This document shows, one piece after another, positions 59,195-64,000 of a stretch of 64,000 bases of DNA. The stretch comes from an uncultured Paludibacter sp. (GTDB lineage Bacteria > Bacteroidota > Bacteroidia > Bacteroidales > Paludibacteraceae). Position 1 is the first letter of the stretch. Each line of letters starts with the position of its first letter. Location of the stretch: positions 28,403 through 92,402 of the forward strand of contig CAZLHC010000006.1 in NCBI GenBank assembly GCA_964559265.1. The letters run 5' to 3'. The notes below the pieces were generated by a model. It worked only from the letters and a program-made list of their open reading frames with translations. It had not been told where the DNA came from and ran no database searches. A program made the translations under genes and the position numbers.

Positions 59195-59746
59195 ATGACA
59201 GAAGAAATTATTATATCAGGGTTCGGCGGACAAGGCGTGCTGTCGATGGGTAAAATCCTGGCTTATTCAGGATTAGTACAAGGTCAGGAAGTGAGTTGGA
59301 TGCCTTCCTACGGTCCGGAACAACGGGGGGGGACTGCCAACGTTACTGTAATATTAAGCAACGAACGTATCAGTTCTCCTGTATTGAATGCATATGATAC
59401 AGCAATTGTGCTTAATCAGCCTTCGCTCGAAAAATTTGAAGCTATGGTTAAACCAGGTGGAACATTAATTTTTGATGGCAACGGGATGCATAAGTTACCA
59501 ACACGAAAAGACATTAATGTATTCCGGATTAATGCAACAGAATACGCCTACGCCAATAACTCGTCGAAAACAATTAACATGATCATATTGGGAGGTTTAT
59601 TAAGAGTACGTCCCATTGTTGAAATCGAAAATGTGTTGAAGGGGTTGAAGAAAACTCTCCCACCCCGCCATCATCATTTATTGCCGTTGAACGAAAAAGC
59701 CATTCATACAGGAATGGATTTGATTCAACCCTTTACTGTTTACTAG
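59195..59746 (+). CDS. 2-oxoacid:ferredoxin oxidoreductase gamma subunit
   Basis: GFGGQGV, PSYGPEQRGG. Confidence 0.93.
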   Translation: MTEEIIISGFGGQGVLSMGKILAYSGLVQGQEVSWMPSYGPEQRGGTANVTVILSNERISSPVLNAYDTAIVLNQPSLEKFEAMVKPGGTLIFDGNGMHKLPTRKDINVFRINATEYAYANNSSKTINMIILGGLLRVRPIVEIENVLKGLKKTLPPRHHHLLPLNEKAIHTGMDLIQPFTVY

Positions 59747-60572
59747 TTTTTACCACTGCCCAGTTGTTTTTCTCCCGGGAGGAAGCAAGCTTTAATCCGT
59801 TGCGATTCATTTCTTCTTCCAACACCGGAATATCAGTAGTATAAAATCCACTCATGTATAATACTCCGCCCTCCTTGAGGCTTGCGGAGTATTTTTTCAT
59901 GTCGTCGAGTAATATATTTCTGTTAATATTCGCAAAAATAACATCTACTGTAACATGCTCAAGTCGCTCGGCTCCACCTAATTCTATCTGTATCCACTCC
60001 ACACCGTTGGTCTGTATATTTTCAGCCGAATTTTCGGTACACCAGGGATCAATATCAATCGCTAAAACAGGTTTTGCACCTCTCATGGCAGCAAGTATAG
60101 CCAAAACTGCAGTCCCACAACCCATATCCAAAACCGATTTTCCTTTTAAATCGACCGAAAGTATTTCTTCAATCATCAAACTGGTGGTTTCGTGATGCCC
60201 GGTGCCAAACGACATTTTCGGATCGATAATAATATCGTATTCTGCAGTTGGAATATTAGTATGGAAAGAGCTGTGAATAACACACTTATCACCTATTACG
60301 ATAGGTTCAAAATAGTGTTTTTCCCATTCTTCGTTCCAGTTAATCTGATCGACATTCATAATTTCGTAGCTAATGTCGGTAGTGTAAGGGAAATTTGCCA
60401 GTAAATGCTTTACGGCATCTTCGTCAAATTCTTCTTGTTGAACATAGGCTATCATACCATCCACCTCTTCTTCGAAACTCTCAAAGCCGATTTCACCAAG
60501 GTAGGAAGCCAATAAATCGACAATATATTCTTCGTTGGGTTGAATAGTTAATTTAAGTTCAATGTAGCGCAT
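59733..60572 (-). CDS. prmA: 50S ribosomal protein L11 methyltransferase
   Basis: IDPKMSFGTGHHETT, LDMGCGTAVL, ANINRN. Confidence 0.95.
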   Translation of the reverse strand: MRYIELKLTIQPNEEYIVDLLASYLGEIGFESFEEEVDGMIAYVQQEEFDEDAVKHLLANFPYTTDISYEIMNVDQINWNEEWEKHYFEPIVIGDKCVIHSSFHTNIPTAEYDIIIDPKMSFGTGHHETTSLMIEEILSVDLKGKSVLDMGCGTAVLAILAAMRGAKPVLAIDIDPWCTENSAENIQTNGVEWIQIELGGAERLEHVTVDVIFANINRNILLDDMKKYSASLKEGGVLYMSGFYTTDIPVLEEEMNRNGLKLASSREKNNWAVVKTSKQ

Positions 60573-60723
60573 ACTTCAGAATTTTGAGTAAATTTGAATG
60601 CAAAGATACTGATTTTTTTTGATCCTCTAAGTCCGCATTTTAACGTTAGATGGTATAATTATTGCTAAACTGTGTCCGTTTGAGAAGTAAAAATTTGAAA
60701 CTGCAATTTAAACAAATAGAGTC

Positions 60724-62154
60724 ATGAAACCACTTAGTACAACAATTCTGCTGCTGGCACTGATCCTGAACGGATTACAAGCTCAGCAAGTGTACGATGA
60801 TGTTTATTTTACACCGTCGGAAGCTAAAAAAGAAAAATTGGTTGCCAAACCAAAAGTACAGAAAAAGCCAACGTATAAAAACGGAGCCAAAGAAATAATC
60901 TTCATTCAGTCGGACGATGAAAACCGAATAATCAGTAAAGGAGATACAATTTTTGTTCTTTCGGAAATGAATGATAGCATTGCCAGCCTTCAGGACAGCC
61001 TTCAGATGGAAGAGGAAGGCTCATATCTGAATGACTTTAATGGTAGTGAAAATGATTATGAATATGCCGAGCGCATCCGGAAGTTTCATAATCCCAAATA
61101 CACCATCCATATTTCCGATCCTCAATATACCGATATTTATTTTTTAAATTCGAGCGACTGGAATGTGTATTCCGACGGGTCGTATGCATGGATCACTCCC
61201 ACCTGGACTAATCCTTTTTGGTTTGATTATCAATACAGGCCGTATAGTTACAGTAGTTGGTACTGGCGAAATACTATCTGGGGACCAGCTTCGTTATACG
61301 GCAACTGGTATAATCCCTGGCATCATGGTATGGGTGGTTATTATGGCCATCACTATGGAGGATATTACGACAGTTGGTATTACGGAGGCGGTTATTACGG
61401 AGGTGGTTACTTCGGAGGATATAACAACTGGTACAATCCTTACTATGGTGGTGGATATCCCTATTGGGGCTCGACTCAGGTAACATACCGTGAACCAAGG
61501 AATAAAAACTACAACGAAGCCACCCGAAGAGAACACTTATACAGCGGTTCAACCCGTCAGACTATTTCGGGAGGTTCAGCCCGGGTTGGCGGAACAGGAT
61601 CCAGTCGTACGGTAACCCGAAACTCAGTGGTTTCGACCGATCGTACAGTGCGTGTGGTAAACGGCAACACATCGCCTGCAGTTCGGGGTGCTTCATCTGT
61701 TCGATCTCAATCAGAATCCGGATTACGTAACGAAACGTCCTTCCGGTCGACAGGAACACGTACCACCACACGAACTTCTGAAGCTATCAACACTCGTCCG
61801 AGAACTACTGAAGTCAATACAGTTAACAGACGAAATGAAACCGTAACAGTTGCCACGCCACGAACTTCAACTGCGACTTCGCGCTCTACTATTACCACTA
61901 CTAACCGAAGCAGTAGTTCTCCGGCAGTGCGAAGCAGTAGCTCTTCCGGAACCACCATCCGGAGTAGTAGTTCCAGCGAAAGCAGCAGAAGCACCTATAC
62001 ACCTTCGAGTAGCAGCAACAGCAGTTCATCTACTTACACTCCATCATCGTCGTCATCATCTTCTTCTTCGAGGAGCTCTGGTTCGTCATACTCCGGAGGA
62101 AGTTCTTCATCAGGAGGCTCCAGAAGTTCAGGTAGTTCGGGTGGACGTCGATAA
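60724..62154 (+). CDS. Secreted hypothetical protein with Y/W/G-rich and S/R/T-rich low-complexity regions
   Basis: Signal peptide, YDDVYF, EYAERIRKFHNP, GY-rich middle, Ser-rich tail ending GGRR. Confidence 0.85.
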   Translation: MKPLSTTILLLALILNGLQAQQVYDDVYFTPSEAKKEKLVAKPKVQKKPTYKNGAKEIIFIQSDDENRIISKGDTIFVLSEMNDSIASLQDSLQMEEEGSYLNDFNGSENDYEYAERIRKFHNPKYTIHISDPQYTDIYFLNSSDWNVYSDGSYAWITPTWTNPFWFDYQYRPYSYSSWYWRNTIWGPASLYGNWYNPWHHGMGGYYGHHYGGYYDSWYYGGGYYGGGYFGGYNNWYNPYYGGGYPYWGSTQVTYREPRNKNYNEATRREHLYSGSTRQTISGGSARVGGTGSSRTVTRNSVVSTDRTVRVVNGNTSPAVRGASSVRSQSESGLRNETSFRSTGTRTTTRTSEAINTRPRTTEVNTVNRRNETVTVATPRTSTATSRSTITTTNRSSSSPAVRSSSSSGTTIRSSSSSESSRSTYTPSSSSNSSSSTYTPSSSSSSSSSRSSGSSYSGGSSSSGGSRSSGSSGGRR

Positions 62155-62191
62155 TCCTTTTACAAATACGTTTTAAACACCATACAATTAT

Positions 62192-63757
62192 ATGAAACGA
62201 TTTCAAACAGTACTAGCAGGAATATTAGCCACTTTAACGCTGGTGGCTCAAACAGAATTCGATGCATTGAGATACCTTCAGCCAGATCTTTCGGGCACTG
62301 CACGATACAGCGCAATGGGAGGAGCATTCGGAGCACTGGGTGCCGATGCATCAGCAATCAAGGATAATCCTGCAGGTTTAGGAATTTATCGAAGTAGCGA
62401 ATTGTCGGCAACGATGAATGTTTTATCACAATCAACTCAAGTGGAGTGGAACAGAAACCAGGTAACTGATGGGTTATTTAAGTTTGGATTTAATCAATTT
62501 TCTTTTGTAATTTCGAACGTACCCTCATCCCGCTTCAGTAAAAGCACTAACTTACAACAATCCAACTGGGCTTTTTCGTATCATAGAGTAAAAGATTTTA
62601 ACCGGCAATTGAGAGCAAACGGAGGATCCAATGTATCAGCTTCGGCTACTGACTATTTAGCCTACTTTACAGCCGACATACCAGGAACTGATCTTCAGGA
62701 ATCTACCTCCTACGACCCTTATAACAATGTTTCGTTACCCTGGATATCGGTAGCAGCCATGAATGCCGGCTTAATAAACGAATTTACTTACGACGACACC
62801 GGCGAAACAGCTTATTGGAGTTCATTGCTGGATGATCAGGAAACCGTTTCCCCAACCTATTACTTACGGGAATCAGGTCATATGGACGAATACTCTTTGA
62901 GTTGGTCGGGAAATTTCAATAACCGACTTTTTCTGGGGGTTTCAGCTACATTGACCGATATGAAGTATACGGTAAAAACGGATTATATGGAAGCTTTTTC
63001 GGTTGTAGGTAGCATGTCGTTGAACAATTATTTAACTTCTTCGTCGACAGGATTCGGTGTACGTATCGGAGCTATCTATATTCCCACCGACAATATACGG
63101 TTAGGGGCATCGCTTCGTACTCCGGTAGTTTACAAAACCAATGATATTAATTACCTGGACTTACATTATAATCACGGTGGAAGTGATTTTGGTACTATTT
63201 ATACTCCTGAAGGAGCTAATGAATATAAACTTCAAAGTCCGCTGGTATATAATCTAAGTGCTGCATATATTGCGGGTAAAAAGGGCTTACTAAGTGTTGA
63301 ATACAGCAATAGCAGTAATTACAGTACAAAATTGATGGATAACGACAATAACAGTTACAATTTCCGGTATGAGAACGATTCAATTGGCGTTTTATTTAAC
63401 TCACAGCACACTATTAAGTTGGGAGGAGAGTATAAACTAACCGGAAAATTTGCGCTAAGGGCTGGTTATGTGTTTTCAACAGCTGCTGTTAAGGACCGAA
63501 TCCAAAAGGAAATGAATTCGAATACCAACCGCACCGATATTGAATATTTTGTACCATCATCCACCAGGTATCTAACCGGAGGAATTGGTTACCGCGATGC
63601 CGATTGGTCATTCGATTTGGCAGTGATAAACAAAATGTATGATGAAACCTTTTATGCATACAACACAAACAAAGTGAATACATATTTCAGGATGCCGACA
63701 GCTAAAGTTTCGAACGCGAATTTATCAGTTGTAGCAACGGTTGGTTTACGATTTTAA
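62192..63757 (+). CDS. FadL/OmpP1-like outer membrane beta-barrel protein
   Basis: Signal peptide, GTARYSAMGGAFGALGAD...NPAGLG hatch motif, terminal GLRF. Confidence 0.82.
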   Translation: MKRFQTVLAGILATLTLVAQTEFDALRYLQPDLSGTARYSAMGGAFGALGADASAIKDNPAGLGIYRSSELSATMNVLSQSTQVEWNRNQVTDGLFKFGFNQFSFVISNVPSSRFSKSTNLQQSNWAFSYHRVKDFNRQLRANGGSNVSASATDYLAYFTADIPGTDLQESTSYDPYNNVSLPWISVAAMNAGLINEFTYDDTGETAYWSSLLDDQETVSPTYYLRESGHMDEYSLSWSGNFNNRLFLGVSATLTDMKYTVKTDYMEAFSVVGSMSLNNYLTSSSTGFGVRIGAIYIPTDNIRLGASLRTPVVYKTNDINYLDLHYNHGGSDFGTIYTPEGANEYKLQSPLVYNLSAAYIAGKKGLLSVEYSNSSNYSTKLMDNDNNSYNFRYENDSIGVLFNSQHTIKLGGEYKLTGKFALRAGYVFSTAAVKDRIQKEMNSNTNRTDIEYFVPSSTRYLTGGIGYRDADWSFDLAVINKMYDETFYAYNTNKVNTYFRMPTAKVSNANLSVVATVGLRF

Positions 63758-63770
63758 ACCTGTCTGATTA

Positions 63771-63816
63771 AAAAAAAGCTACTTCAATCAAATTTTGATT
63801 GAAGTAGCTTTTTTTT
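63771..63816. terminator. Bidirectional intrinsic terminator
   Basis: AAAAAAAGCTACTTCAATCAA...TTGATTGAAGTAGCTTTTTTT between convergent genes. Confidence 0.92.
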
Positions 63817-63830
63817 GAGTAAAATGATGT

Positions 63831-64000
63831 TTAGCCTTTAATCATGGTTAACAACATTTTCATTTGCTGTGTTGCCATCACAGCATGAGGAATCTGCGCA
63901 GGCATCAAAATACTTTCACCGGCCTGAATTATATGAGATATCCCGTTAATAATAATTTCAGCTTCTCCATCAAATATTTGTACTAAAGCATCATAAGGAG
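63831..64000 (-). CDS. Cupin domain protein, 3' end (truncated by window edge; not in the ORF track)
   Basis: Manual translation PYDALVQIFDGEAEIIINGISHIIQAGESILMPAQIPHAVMATQQMKMLLTMIKG*. Confidence 0.85.
   Translation of the reverse strand, partial: PYDALVQIFDGEAEIIINGISHIIQAGESILMPAQIPHAVMATQQMKMLLTMIKG

Noticed and set aside
688-63683. Numerous short ORFs in the track that overlap or lie antisense to confident genes (e.g. 780-1214, 9715-10401, 47562-47951, 61850-62176)
   Set aside because: They are shadow frames of well-supported CDSs, with no recognisable motifs
1-64000. CRISPR array, IS element, prophage or invertible-promoter repeats
   Set aside because: No regularly spaced repeat-spacer series, transposase, recombinase or phage structural genes were seen on either strand

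Overview
Mostly core chromosomal DNA from a Bacteroidota bacterium. Gene content, T9SS C-terminal sorting domains and TAnnTTTG promoters point to Bacteroidales; this taxonomic call is inference. The window holds about 50 CDSs, one tRNA-Pro(TGG) and several intrinsic terminators. I found no transposase, integrase, prophage structural gene, CRISPR array or rRNA. Gene order: ygiQ 3' end, ddh, a four-gene glycan-modification cluster, bactofilin-acuI-dapL-glmS-purF-DUF5606-Nif3-zinc ribbon, a 1.2 kb gene-free AT-rich region, XRE regulator-pyrK-pyrD, HsdR_N orphan, amn-holA-tex, cobB, yggS-folC, TPR-PBP1A-hemW-fabD, tRNA-Pro, rsmG-aspS, three secreted or surface proteins, secA-lgt-menG, a biotin-dependent carboxylase operon, an AddB-like nuclease, a vor-type oxidoreductase operon, prmA, a low-complexity secreted protein plus FadL-like OMP, and a cupin 3' end. 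The most notable signals are: (1) a dense two-cluster array of TACA-N2-TGTA palindromes in the 1.2 kb intergenic region, overlapping the promoter of an XRE HTH gene and a possible divergent promoter; (2) a single in-frame TAG splitting the essential secA; (3) an 82-nt REP/MITE-like hairpin; (4) a block of apparently non-catalytic T9SS and lipoprotein cargo genes. All family calls come from motif recognition; no database searches were run.
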